A stretch of DNA of 64,000 nucleotides, from sequence record NC_048054.1; one strand, given 5' to 3'. This document shows, one piece after another, positions 53,679 to 62,355 of the stretch. The translations under genes and the position numbers were made by a program. The notes beneath the pieces are model-generated. The model was not told where the DNA came from, searched no databases, and worked only from the letters and a program-made list of their open reading frames with translations. Position 1 is the first letter of the stretch. The number at the start of each line of letters is the position of its first letter.

Positions 53679-54215
53679 ATGTCTAAGAAAGCAATCAGCG
53701 GCCTGAACAAAGAAATCCGTGCCCTGGACAAATCTGAAAAAAATCTGGTTAAAACTGCTGCCAGCCTGACCAAAGAAGCCGAAGCGATCGCACAGCGCCG
53801 CGCCGGTCTGACCGCTCAGGTTGAAGCTCTGTCTGCTGACGGCGCTGCTCCTGCTAAAGCGACCAAAGCTGCTAAACCAGCGAAAGCTGAGAAAGCCGCT
53901 AAGCCTGCTAAAGCAGAAAAAGCTGGTAAGAAAGCGAAAGCTGAGAAAGCCGAAAAGCCTGCTAAGGCCGAGAAAGCTGGTAAGAAAGCTAAAGCAGAAA
54001 AACCTGCTAAAGCTGAGAAAGCCGCTAAACCTGCTAAAGCAGACAAAAAAGCAAAAGCTGAAAAGCCGGCCAAAGCTGATAAAAAAGCTAAAGCCGAAAA
54101 ATCTGCTAAGCCTGCGAAAGCAGACAAAGCTGCCAAGAAAGTGAAAGGCGATAAAAAAGCCAAAGGCGGCAAGCAGAAAAAACAAGAAGAAGATTTCGAC
54201 TTCGAAATGGAATAA
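53679..54215 (+). CDS. histone H1-like (AlgP/Hc2-type) Lys/Ala/Pro-repeat protein
   Basis: Start revised to ATG 53679 (AAGGA RBS); N-terminal coiled coil, eight PAKA(E/D/T)K repeats plus KKAKAEK repeats, acidic EEDFDFEME end; no TM segment. Confidence 0.8.
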   Translation: MSKKAISGLNKEIRALDKSEKNLVKTAASLTKEAEAIAQRRAGLTAQVEALSADGAAPAKATKAAKPAKAEKAAKPAKAEKAGKKAKAEKAEKPAKAEKAGKKAKAEKPAKAEKAAKPAKADKKAKAEKPAKADKKAKAEKSAKPAKADKAAKKVKGDKKAKGGKQKKQEEDFDFEME

Positions 54216-54248
54216 GCAAGTAATCGCACACTAGCGGTCACTTGATCG

Positions 54249-54280
54249 AAAGGGCAGCGCTGACGAGCGTTTGCCCTTTT
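54249..54280 (+). terminator. Rho-independent terminator
   Basis: AAAGGGCA-GCGC...GCGT-TTGCCCTTTT. Confidence 0.8.
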
Positions 54281-54312
54281 GTCTTATCTACACGAATTTT
54301 CGAGGTAATGCC

Positions 54313-54813
54313 ATGTCTGCCGAACATCTGCTTAACGACGACCTGCCCGACGACACTAAGCCGTCAAAACAAGCTCCAGAAAAACCTTCCTACTACGACC
54401 TGATGACGCTACGCCTTGAAGCTGGCGTCCGCCTTGCTCGTTCCCTCAAAACTCTGTGTGACGCTAACGTCCTACCTACGTCTGGTGGTGGCTCGACGCT
54501 TCTTGCTGCTGCTCTCGATGTAGCTGAACGCCACTTCGCTGATATCTGCATGGGACTTGTGCCAGTTCGTGACGGCACTGACGTATGCACAATCAAAATG
54601 CGTGAAGACCTTCCTGCGTGTGTCGAAGCCTTTCGTATTGTTGTTATGGAACATGCGCAACGTGAAGCCCTTGAGCGTGAGTGCCGCAACATGATCGCTG
54701 ACGGTAACGGCTTCAAACTTCTCACTCAGCCTCAAGTGCTGCACATCGAAAACAAACACGTCTGTGACGAAAACTGCGATCACAGAAAAGATGATTACCA
54801 GTGGAAATGCTAA
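54313..54813 (+). CDS. hypothetical protein
   Basis: Start revised to ATG 54313 (GAGGT RBS); C-terminal HVCDENCDH. Confidence 0.8.
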   Translation: MSAEHLLNDDLPDDTKPSKQAPEKPSYYDLMTLRLEAGVRLARSLKTLCDANVLPTSGGGSTLLAAALDVAERHFADICMGLVPVRDGTDVCTIKMREDLPACVEAFRIVVMEHAQREALERECRNMIADGNGFKLLTQPQVLHIENKHVCDENCDHRKDDYQWKC

Positions 54814-54837
54814 TACTAACCTGATAGGATTGAGACA

Positions 54838-55578
54838 ATGGGCCAGAAACTGTCTGAACAAATCAACCGCTATTTTAATCTCATGGAAAAAATCCGTGAG
54901 CAAATGTACCGCGTCCTGCCAGTCAGTGATCGCTATCTGTGTGTCGTAAGTTTCAGCACACAACTCCAGGCACTCCAGTGTGTACTGGTGAGTAAGGCCT
55001 CGTTAATGGAAGCAAAGCTGATCGAAGGGCTAACGGGTCAAGAGCTGGTGACGTATGGCCAGTACCTGCGAACTGCCGAAGAGTGGGTTGCTAACGGTAT
55101 GCAGGACGATTATCCGTTCACTCAGGACAAAGACGTGTATGCCGAGTACCGCAGCCTGACGCGCGATGACTCTCAGCCTGTACCTGAAATGGACGACGAA
55201 GAAGACCTCGACGAACAAGAGCTGGATAACCTGCGCACCTCAATTCTCTGCTCAGACAAAGCCACCCTGATGCAGATGTATGCAGATGAAAATCTCGGCA
55301 CAAAAGCCAAAGCCGCTGACATGGATGCGGAGCAATTGCAGGAAGCTCTGTGTGAACACTACGGTCTTAACCCTGATGTTCCTGTCAGACTGGTCGATGT
55401 TGTTGGCGAAATGGTTAAGCGCATTGAAAGCCTTCCGAATCATGCTGCCCTCAAAGAAGTTGATCTCCTGACTAAGGAAGAACTGCTTAGTCTCGCAGAC
55501 GCGTGGGACATTGAAAAGACAGCGCATGAGCACACTATGCGCTCTCTTGTTAAGGGCTATCTGCTGCGCCGTACCTAA
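54838..55578 (+). CDS. hypothetical protein with C-terminal HeH-like modules
   Basis: SDKATLMQMYADENLGTKAKAADMDAEQLQEALCEHYG and LTKEELLSLADAWDI. Confidence 0.8.
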   Translation: MGQKLSEQINRYFNLMEKIREQMYRVLPVSDRYLCVVSFSTQLQALQCVLVSKASLMEAKLIEGLTGQELVTYGQYLRTAEEWVANGMQDDYPFTQDKDVYAEYRSLTRDDSQPVPEMDDEEDLDEQELDNLRTSILCSDKATLMQMYADENLGTKAKAADMDAEQLQEALCEHYGLNPDVPVRLVDVVGEMVKRIESLPNHAALKEVDLLTKEELLSLADAWDIEKTAHEHTMRSLVKGYLLRRT

Positions 55579-55585
55579 TTCAAAC

Positions 55586-55641
55586 TCTGCAAATAACTGG
55601 ACAGATTGCGGGTATATAAGAATAGTCTTATGTGATATAAT
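55586..55641 (+). promoter_or_regulatory. sigma70-type promoter with conserved upstream element (topoisomerase operon)
   Basis: TCTGCAAATAACTGGACAGA; 32 nt to TG-a-TATAAT (55636-55641). Confidence 0.8.
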
Positions 55642-55715
55642 AGCGTCAGACAAGCAGTGTCTGAAATTGCTAATATCGAGTAGTCCACACGATACTCACT
55701 CAGGAGAATACGAAA

Positions 55716-57746
55716 ATGGCCAAAGCGCCTAAAGCTGCCAAAGTTAAAAAGAAAACGGGAGATGGGTCCGAACAAGAAGGATTCATGATTGCCGAAGGCC
55801 TTGATGGTATTCGTCTAAATCCCGGGATGTACATGGGGGAACGCGGTGCCGATATGGCTTACCGTGCGGTTAAAGAGCCAGTTGATAACGACTATGATGA
55901 ATACATCGCAGGCCGAAACAAACTTATCGAAGTGGTCATCGACTACGATAACGACCTGAACGTTGTTGCCGATATGGCGAAAGGTATTCCGACCGACTTC
56001 AAGAAACTGAAAGACGGTTCGAAAGAAACGATCATGACCGCAGCGTTTAGCCGAGCACACGCTGGTGGTAAGTTCGACGATAAAGCATATAAGACCTCTG
56101 CTGGTACTCACGGCGTAGGCGTTGCAGCACTGAACGCAATTTCAAGTCGCCTGCGTGTATGGTCAATGTACAAAGGCGGTTGTGCGTATCAGATGTGGGA
56201 GTGCGGTGTCGCCAAGTCAGGCAAAGACCCGAAACAGGTTAAAGCAGTAGACAAAGATGTTATGAGCCTACTGCGTGAAAAGAAACACAGCAAGTACGGT
56301 ACGATTGTCGCATGGACTCTCGACCAGACTGTTGTGTCTGCTGACGTACAGCGCGGTAAGAAGCTGCCGAAGAACTATCGTCACGCTGCGCCAGACCCAG
56401 CACAGCTTGGTTCATGGTTGCGTAATATGTCTATGCTCAACCCAGGTCTTGAAGTCCGCCTGACGTTGATCAAGAAAGGCAAGCGCAAAGAGTTCACCTT
56501 CCTCAACAAGAAAGACTTGGCACACGTTGTTAAGACGATGGTTGAAGAACGCGAGCTTGGCTCAGTTGGTAAGCCGTTCATCTTCAAGAACGACAACATC
56601 ACCGCTGCGCTGACATGGACCGACCATGCAGACACAGACAACTTCCTGTCTTTCGTTAACACCAGCCCGACAATTGACGGCGGCTGGCACGTTGTTGGTT
56701 TCCGTGATGCGTTGTTCGAAGCAATTAAGCCTTTCATGAAAGAGCCGAAAGGTAAGAGCAAGAAGAAGCAGGGCTTCAAACAAGAAGACTTGCTTATCGG
56801 CCTGACTGGCATGTTCGACTGGCGTATGCACGGTGCTCAGTACACCTCGCAGGTTAAAGACAAGCTGGCGAGCCGTGTCGAAAAAGAAGTGTACGAAATG
56901 CTGAAAGATGCTTTCGTGAAATACTTCAAAGAGAATAAGAAGGTCGCAACCACGATCATCAAACGCGCCGAAGCGATGAACAAAGGCCGTGAAGAATTGT
57001 CGGCTGTCGTGAAGTCGATGGCAGACACGAAGAAAAAGCTGAAAGGTAACGCACTGCCTGCTGACCTCGTAGTCGCCAACAAATGTAAGCCGCATGAGCG
57101 TGAGCTTGTCGTGGTGGAAGGGGACTCTGCTGGTGGTACTGCGAAAGATGCGCGTAACCCTGACTATCAGGAAGTTATGAAAGCTGGCGGTAAGCCGCTT
57201 AACGGTCTGAAAGCGTCACTGGCTGATGTGCTCAAGCACAAAGAAGTGCAGGGCATGTTGGTATCTATCGGTGCTGACCTGAAATCGTTAGACCCGAAAG
57301 CAGAAGCGCCTCAACTCAGCACGAAGAATCTGCGTATCGGCAACATCCTGTTCCTTGCAGATGCTGACCCTGATGGCTTCCACATCAACGTGCTGTTCCT
57401 GGGTGTTATCTATCGTCTGCTGCCTGACCTGATGAAAGAAGGGCGTGTGTGGATTGTAGACGCTCCGCTGTACAACGTCATTCACAACGGCAAGCACTAC
57501 GGTGGCATGACCTTTGAAGAATGCCGCAAGAAAGCACCTGCTGCCGTGAAAGACAAAGATATCATTCGCGCAAAAGGTTGGGGTGAAGTTGAGCCTGACA
57601 TTCTTGAAGCGATTGCATTCAATCCGAAGACGCGCCGACTCATTCGTGTTAACCCGTTTGAGAACGCTGAACAAGAGCGTTTCTTCCGCGGCGTTGTAGC
57701 AGAAGATGCAGTGCACCGTCGTCGTTTACTTGGTCTGGAGAGCTAA
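55716..57746 (+). CDS. gyrB: type IIA topoisomerase ATPase/TOPRIM subunit (GyrB/ParE-like)
   Basis: GHKL motifs [29 protein letters not shown]; [30 protein letters not shown]. Confidence 0.95.
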   Translation: MAKAPKAAKVKKKTGDGSEQEGFMIAEGLDGIRLNPGMYMGERGADMAYRAVKEPVDNDYDEYIAGRNKLIEVVIDYDNDLNVVADMAKGIPTDFKKLKDGSKETIMTAAFSRAHAGGKFDDKAYKTSAGTHGVGVAALNAISSRLRVWSMYKGGCAYQMWECGVAKSGKDPKQVKAVDKDVMSLLREKKHSKYGTIVAWTLDQTVVSADVQRGKKLPKNYRHAAPDPAQLGSWLRNMSMLNPGLEVRLTLIKKGKRKEFTFLNKKDLAHVVKTMVEERELGSVGKPFIFKNDNITAALTWTDHADTDNFLSFVNTSPTIDGGWHVVGFRDALFEAIKPFMKEPKGKSKKKQGFKQEDLLIGLTGMFDWRMHGAQYTSQVKDKLASRVEKEVYEMLKDAFVKYFKENKKVATTIIKRAEAMNKGREELSAVVKSMADTKKKLKGNALPADLVVANKCKPHERELVVVEGDSAGGTAKDARNPDYQEVMKAGGKPLNGLKASLADVLKHKEVQGMLVSIGADLKSLDPKAEAPQLSTKNLRIGNILFLADADPDGFHINVLFLGVIYRLLPDLMKEGRVWIVDAPLYNVIHNGKHYGGMTFEECRKKAPAAVKDKDIIRAKGWGEVEPDILEAIAFNPKTRRLIRVNPFENAEQERFFRGVVAEDAVHRRRLLGLES

Positions 57747-57747
57747 C

Positions 57748-59394
57748 ATGGCAGTTAAGCCGAAGAAAGTTAAAGTCGTGAAGAAAGCGACTGCGGTAGC
57801 GAAGCCCGCTAAGGTGAAAGTCAAATCGAAAGCTGTTGCTGTCGATGACATGCCGAAGAAAAAGAAGAAAAGCGAAGTATCGGTTGCAGGCGCTATCACT
57901 TCCCTCTATCCGATGCTTGGTCAGGACGAGGCCAACATTCGTGATGAAGGTCTTGCTGACTATACGCGCCGCGCTCTTGGTGTGTATGGCTCTTACGTTG
58001 TTGAAGACCGAGCTATCGCTGACTATCGTGATGGCCTCAAGCCAGTTCACAGGGCGCTACTCTGGTCCATGTGTGACTTGAGCTTGCGTCCAAGTTCTGC
58101 GTTCAAGAAAGCGGCTCGTACTGTTGGTGACACAATCGGTAAGTATCACCCACACGGTGACCAAGCGTGTTACGGTGCGATGGTGACGATTGCAAACACA
58201 GTGCCTCCTGCTGTAGCTGGTCAAGGTAACTGGGGCCGTCCTGATGACCCAGCCGCAGCAATGCGTTACACAGAAGCGCGTATGTCGAAGTTCACCGGTG
58301 CGTTCCTGCTCGACCCTGACTATCTCGAAGTTGTGCCACGCGTACCGAACTTCTCAAACGATCTTGAGATACCGCTGTATCTGCCTGCGCTTATGCCGTA
58401 CATGTTGTTCAACGGCTCAGTACCTGCACCAGCATATGGTGTTAAGTGCGGTAACCCGTCGTTCAGCTTTACGTCTGTCAGTAAGGTCGTGTGTGAGATG
58501 CTGAACGGCAAAGAGTACACAGCGAAGAAGCTGGCCGATGCTCTTGAGATTCGTCATGAGTTCGGTTGTCTGGATGTGTCGTCTGATGAAGACCACTTCC
58601 AGCTTATCTCTACAGGCAAAGGCAAAGTGACGTATGAGCCAGTGATGAAGATTGACGAGAAATCGAAAATCATCACCGTTCAGACGTATGTGCCTGGTGG
58701 CATGGCGAACACTGCTGGTATCACGAAGAAGCTGGAGAAGATTGCAGAGTGGCAAGGTGTTGTCTCTGCTGCTAACGCCTCTGGTAAGAAGAACAAGAAC
58801 GCGGGCCCGTATGGTGCGGCGTTTGAGATCAAAGTTCGTGGCTCAGAAGACACGCTGTATGAAATCGCAAGCAAGGTGCAGAAGGAAATCACCGCAGCGA
58901 TCAACTACACGTTGGGTGTAACCATTCGTCGTGCTGACGCCAGTAACAAGTTCAAGTACCTGAACTACCTCGAATACTTCAAAGCGTGGATTGCGTACCG
59001 CATCAAGCTGGAAGTTCGTATGCTGGAGAACAAGCTGGCGAAAGCGGAGCGAGCGTTGCACATTCAGCAAGTCTATCTGTGGGCAGTGGACAACATGGAC
59101 AAACTGCTTAAGGTGCTGCCGAAAGTTCTGGTTGCATCTGACCCTGACGCAACGCTTGCGAAGCTGTGCAAGATTCCTGTTGATGATGCGAAAATCATCC
59201 TCGACCGTCAGGTGCGTAAACTGGCTAAACTGGAACGTGCTGGTCTGCTGGCCAAGATTAAAGAAATCAAGGCCGAGATTGCTGAATACAAAGGCGGTCT
59301 GAAAGAACCAGGCAAATACGCTGCGGCAAGCACTGCTGTAAAAGTTAAGGCGTATCTCAAGTCTCCAGACGATAAGCTGCCTGTAAGTCTTTGA
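57748..59394 (+). CDS. gyrA: type IIA topoisomerase breakage-reunion subunit (GyrA/ParC-like), no C-terminal pinwheel
   Basis: Start revised to ATG 57748; [35 protein letters not shown] (catalytic Tyr); 548 aa including a Lys-rich N-terminal extension. Confidence 0.95.
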   Translation: MAVKPKKVKVVKKATAVAKPAKVKVKSKAVAVDDMPKKKKKSEVSVAGAITSLYPMLGQDEANIRDEGLADYTRRALGVYGSYVVEDRAIADYRDGLKPVHRALLWSMCDLSLRPSSAFKKAARTVGDTIGKYHPHGDQACYGAMVTIANTVPPAVAGQGNWGRPDDPAAAMRYTEARMSKFTGAFLLDPDYLEVVPRVPNFSNDLEIPLYLPALMPYMLFNGSVPAPAYGVKCGNPSFSFTSVSKVVCEMLNGKEYTAKKLADALEIRHEFGCLDVSSDEDHFQLISTGKGKVTYEPVMKIDEKSKIITVQTYVPGGMANTAGITKKLEKIAEWQGVVSAANASGKKNKNAGPYGAAFEIKVRGSEDTLYEIASKVQKEITAAINYTLGVTIRRADASNKFKYLNYLEYFKAWIAYRIKLEVRMLENKLAKAERALHIQQVYLWAVDNMDKLLKVLPKVLVASDPDATLAKLCKIPVDDAKIILDRQVRKLAKLERAGLLAKIKEIKAEIAEYKGGLKEPGKYAAASTAVKVKAYLKSPDDKLPVSL

Positions 59395-59422
59395 GAAATC
59401 TGTAAATACAACTAAGCATATT

Positions 59423-59468
59423 CCTGGACGAAACGTGGTTGTATCAGAATAGTCTTATATGATATAAT
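59423..59468 (+). promoter_or_regulatory. sigma70-type promoter with conserved upstream element
   Basis: CCTGGACGAAA; 32 nt to TG-a-TATAAT (59463-59468). Confidence 0.75.
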
Positions 59469-59475
59469 GGTACTG

Positions 59476-59710
59476 TTGAGTAGAGCTGTCTATCGGGAAA
59501 TAGACAGCCTGCTCCTAACTCAAACTGGAGGAAATAGCTGCACAGCGAAATCACACTCAGGCATTAAAAATAAACCGAGCTTAAAAAGCCGAACCGCCTG
59601 ACCTCGGACATATAAACTGAGGCAGAGCAATACTATAATCGACCCAAGTAATGCTAATATGATATCGTATCGGCATTCGAAGTGTCGCTAGGACTGGCAA
59701 CAATGGTCCT
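59476..59710 (+). ncRNA. candidate structured non-coding RNA or long 5' leader
   Basis: About 265 nt without a substantial ORF after a promoter; hairpins GCTGTCTAT/ATAGACAGC nested in TTGAGT/ACTCAA, TCAGGC/GCCTGA, CCTCGG/CTGAGG, CGGCATT/AGTGTCG, AGGAC/GTCCT. Confidence 0.4.
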
Positions 59711-59740
59711 CAACTCTTAATGAAGTTTGGAAATCCATAG

Positions 59741-61015
59741 ATGAAAAATCAGGTAAGCAACCTTAAAGCTGGTTTAGAGAAGGTTAATGGAACATTGGCC
59801 TCCCTCCGTTCAGGCACCAATTTGAAACGCCAGCACGTTGTTGATTCATTATGTCAGCCGGCCTCCGTACTGGCAGACCTGATCAAGGCATTAAAGAGTA
59901 ATACTTATAAGTCGTACCCCGATGTACTGCAATTGCGTGATTCTGTACGCGCAACCTGCACCACCTGCCTAAGCCTGTCAGAACAAGTGGCCGCTAAACG
60001 CATCAAGCCACGCGAACTGATGGAAAAGCTCGGTGAGATTGTGAAGTCGTTTGAAGCCGACGTGTCGTTGGCGAAGTCTTGTCTAGGTTATCTGCCTGAA
60101 TCGCGCAAAGTCGTAACGCTCGACGATGTGAAGATGAACGCAGACGGTAGCACCGATCTGGATTCATTCCAGAAAGTTGCGGAAGAGATCTACGAACAGG
60201 AATCGAATGACAAAGCTGTACGCCGTGAGCAACGCGAAGATGCTGCGACTGCTAAAACAAGTCGTGTGCTCAAGCGCCTCAAGGACACGTACGGACACAA
60301 AGTCCCGAGAACGTTCAAGAACGCTATTCAGATAGTCCAACTTCCTGTGATGGCTCGATTCGGTACACTCGCCATGAGTCCTGAGTCGTTATCGCGCATG
60401 GGTTTCAAAATCGAAACTGCTGGTCTGCACTCAACCCCAAGTTCAGACTTAGGTATCATCTTTGAAAACCAGCTCCTGCTTTTCTTTCGCATGTCCGACG
60501 CGAAAGGTATGGCAGAAGAAGCCGCGAAAGATCACAAGATGCTCGATGGAACCCTCGTAGAACGCAAACGTCTCCAGAAAGAACGCAACGCAGAACGCCG
60601 TGACCTCAAGAAGCTCAATCAGCTTTTGGAGCAGGCGAAGTCGCTGAAAGCTCGTCGTGCCCTCCGTGAACAAATCACAGAGACACAAGAGAACATCGAC
60701 GAGATCACTGCGAAGCTGGACTCTATGGAAACAAAAGTCCGTGCGAGTAACTCCAAAGAGCGCGTGTATCGCCAGATGAAGACCTCAAACGATCACGCGA
60801 TGTTAGACTACCTTAACCCTATTGTCGATATGCTCAATGAAAAAAGCAGTTCCACGCTCGGTCTGTTCACCACCATGCCGTTACGCGGCGTGATGAAGGA
60901 CAGCGATGTGCATTGTGCTTGGCTTATGGAGAAATCAGCTATCAACTTGTTGCTGCGCCATACGGGCGGCGACGTGAAGTTGCAGAACTGGTTCCTGCCG
61001 TGGACAAATGGCTAA
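59741..61015 (+). CDS. hypothetical coiled-coil-rich protein
   Basis: 424-aa ORF with heptad-rich segments. Confidence 0.85.
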   Translation: MKNQVSNLKAGLEKVNGTLASLRSGTNLKRQHVVDSLCQPASVLADLIKALKSNTYKSYPDVLQLRDSVRATCTTCLSLSEQVAAKRIKPRELMEKLGEIVKSFEADVSLAKSCLGYLPESRKVVTLDDVKMNADGSTDLDSFQKVAEEIYEQESNDKAVRREQREDAATAKTSRVLKRLKDTYGHKVPRTFKNAIQIVQLPVMARFGTLAMSPESLSRMGFKIETAGLHSTPSSDLGIIFENQLLLFFRMSDAKGMAEEAAKDHKMLDGTLVERKRLQKERNAERRDLKKLNQLLEQAKSLKARRALREQITETQENIDEITAKLDSMETKVRASNSKERVYRQMKTSNDHAMLDYLNPIVDMLNEKSSSTLGLFTTMPLRGVMKDSDVHCAWLMEKSAINLLLRHTGGDVKLQNWFLPWTNG

Positions 61016-61550
61016 CAACGATAACCGACTACCGGCGGTGACGAAAGGTGATTTATCGCAGTGTATCATCTGCATGAAGTTCAGTAGATCGATTCACTAT
61101 CACCATACCGTTCCCCGCTCACTGGGAGGCGAGCTTTCGCTTCAAATCCCAATAGACGGTGACTGCCACACAACGCTTCACGCAAAAGCAGAAGCTGTGG
61201 TAGCGAAGTTAGCAGGCAACCGTAAGCAACCTATCGGTACGTTCTGGGATGACCCAGACGCCGAACGTAGAGCACAAACGTGGCTAGACATTCTGGTAGA
61301 TGCTATGCTCAACCCACCGGTACAGCCAGGACAGAAAGAAGTCCTGCTGCCGATGATTAAGGTCGACATGGAAACCAGACATGCGCTAGAACTTCTAAAG
61401 CGCGACACGCCTGGCATTACTAATATGAGCCAAGTGTTGCGGTACTGCATTGAGACAACATTGAAATCAAAGGGGTTAAAAAATGGCGAATCCAAAAGTA
61501 CGCACTCTGGACATCAAGGCACTCGTAAAAAGCGAACTCACTTGTGGTGA
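61008..61550 (+). CDS. HNH-fold domain fused to a C-terminal ribbon-helix-helix
   Basis: CIICM...HYHHTVPRSLGG...QIPIDGDCHTTLH; C-terminal MIKVDMETRHALELLKRDTPGITNMSQVLRYCIETTL. Confidence 0.65.
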   Translation: MANNDNRLPAVTKGDLSQCIICMKFSRSIHYHHTVPRSLGGELSLQIPIDGDCHTTLHAKAEAVVAKLAGNRKQPIGTFWDDPDAERRAQTWLDILVDAMLNPPVQPGQKEVLLPMIKVDMETRHALELLKRDTPGITNMSQVLRYCIETTLKSKGLKNGESKSTHSGHQGTRKKRTHLW

Positions 61551-62355
61551 CTGCCGCGGGCTGACTCGTGATGCCTTGTTACCGACTGCCGAAAAGCCAT
61601 GTGCTACACAAGGTCAGTTAGCAGATTCTAAGATCTGCAAGCACTATCGCTCTGACAGCCAATCGCTGACCGAGCTGATGACCGAGCATGGCGATACGCT
61701 GGTGGCTCTTTTTAACACGTTCCGTAAAATGTCGGACAAAGACCTGCGCGTTGTCGCTGGTATGCTGCTGTCTGAATCTAAAACTCGTCGTCATGGCGTG
61801 AAGATGGGACAAGCTGTATTTGTTCGTTATCGTGGTCGTGAGACACGCAACTACCTGAACAACTTCATGGCAGCGCGTGTGCTGGACGTTGACGATGATT
61901 CGATTCGCCTTATCTCCGAGAAAGGTGATATCGTTCTGACTTACGCCAACAACGGCTTCAATGGTCCGTCCGTATATACGAAGAAGCAATTTGCTAAACT
62001 GCGCACAGAGATGATCAAAGCTGGCAAGCTGATCGACCCTGAGCAGGAGATCAAAACCGCTAAACGTAATCTTCCACAAGAAGACAACGTTAACTTCTCC
62101 GCACCAAGTTCACTCGATGGCTTCGCTATTCCTCTCATGGAGGATGTGACGAAAGGCCGTGGTGGTAAGCGTAAGGGCAAGAAGACCCAGACGCTGGTGG
62201 ACATTGTGTCTATGATCGAGAACGGTCACGACATGGGTGCAGAGCAGGACGAGTCAGGTGTAATGACTCTTGGTGGTAACTCCTACAAGTCTAAAGAGAA
62301 GAAAAAGAAACTCCGTGTCGGTAAGAACGGTGTTGTCGAACTCGGCGACCTGTAA
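61483..62355 (+). CDS. hypothetical protein with N-terminal Cys4 motif
   Basis: TCGDC...KPC...KICKHY; AAGGGG RBS. Confidence 0.8.
   Translation: MANPKVRTLDIKALVKSELTCGDCRGLTRDALLPTAEKPCATQGQLADSKICKHYRSDSQSLTELMTEHGDTLVALFNTFRKMSDKDLRVVAGMLLSESKTRRHGVKMGQAVFVRYRGRETRNYLNNFMAARVLDVDDDSIRLISEKGDIVLTYANNGFNGPSVYTKKQFAKLRTEMIKAGKLIDPEQEIKTAKRNLPQEDNVNFSAPSSLDGFAIPLMEDVTKGRGGKRKGKKTQTLVDIVSMIENGHDMGAEQDESGVMTLGGNSYKSKEKKKKLRVGKNGVVELGDL

Noticed and set aside
53679-54215. TolA/TonB assignment for the PAKAEK-repeat protein
   Set aside because: No N-terminal transmembrane anchor and no C-terminal globular domain; composition alone drives that resemblance.
57288-58050. Programmed frameshift or fusion between the topoisomerase subunits
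   Set aside because: gyrB ends at TAA 57746 and gyrA starts at 57748 with its own GGAG RBS; no slippery site is needed.
6670-59430. Reading TGGACA/TGGTCA as the -35 box
   Set aside because: It lies 32-33 nt from the -10 hexamer, far beyond the 16-19 nt sigma70 spacing, and at 41104 a proper TTGTCT-17-TACAAT pair exists independently.
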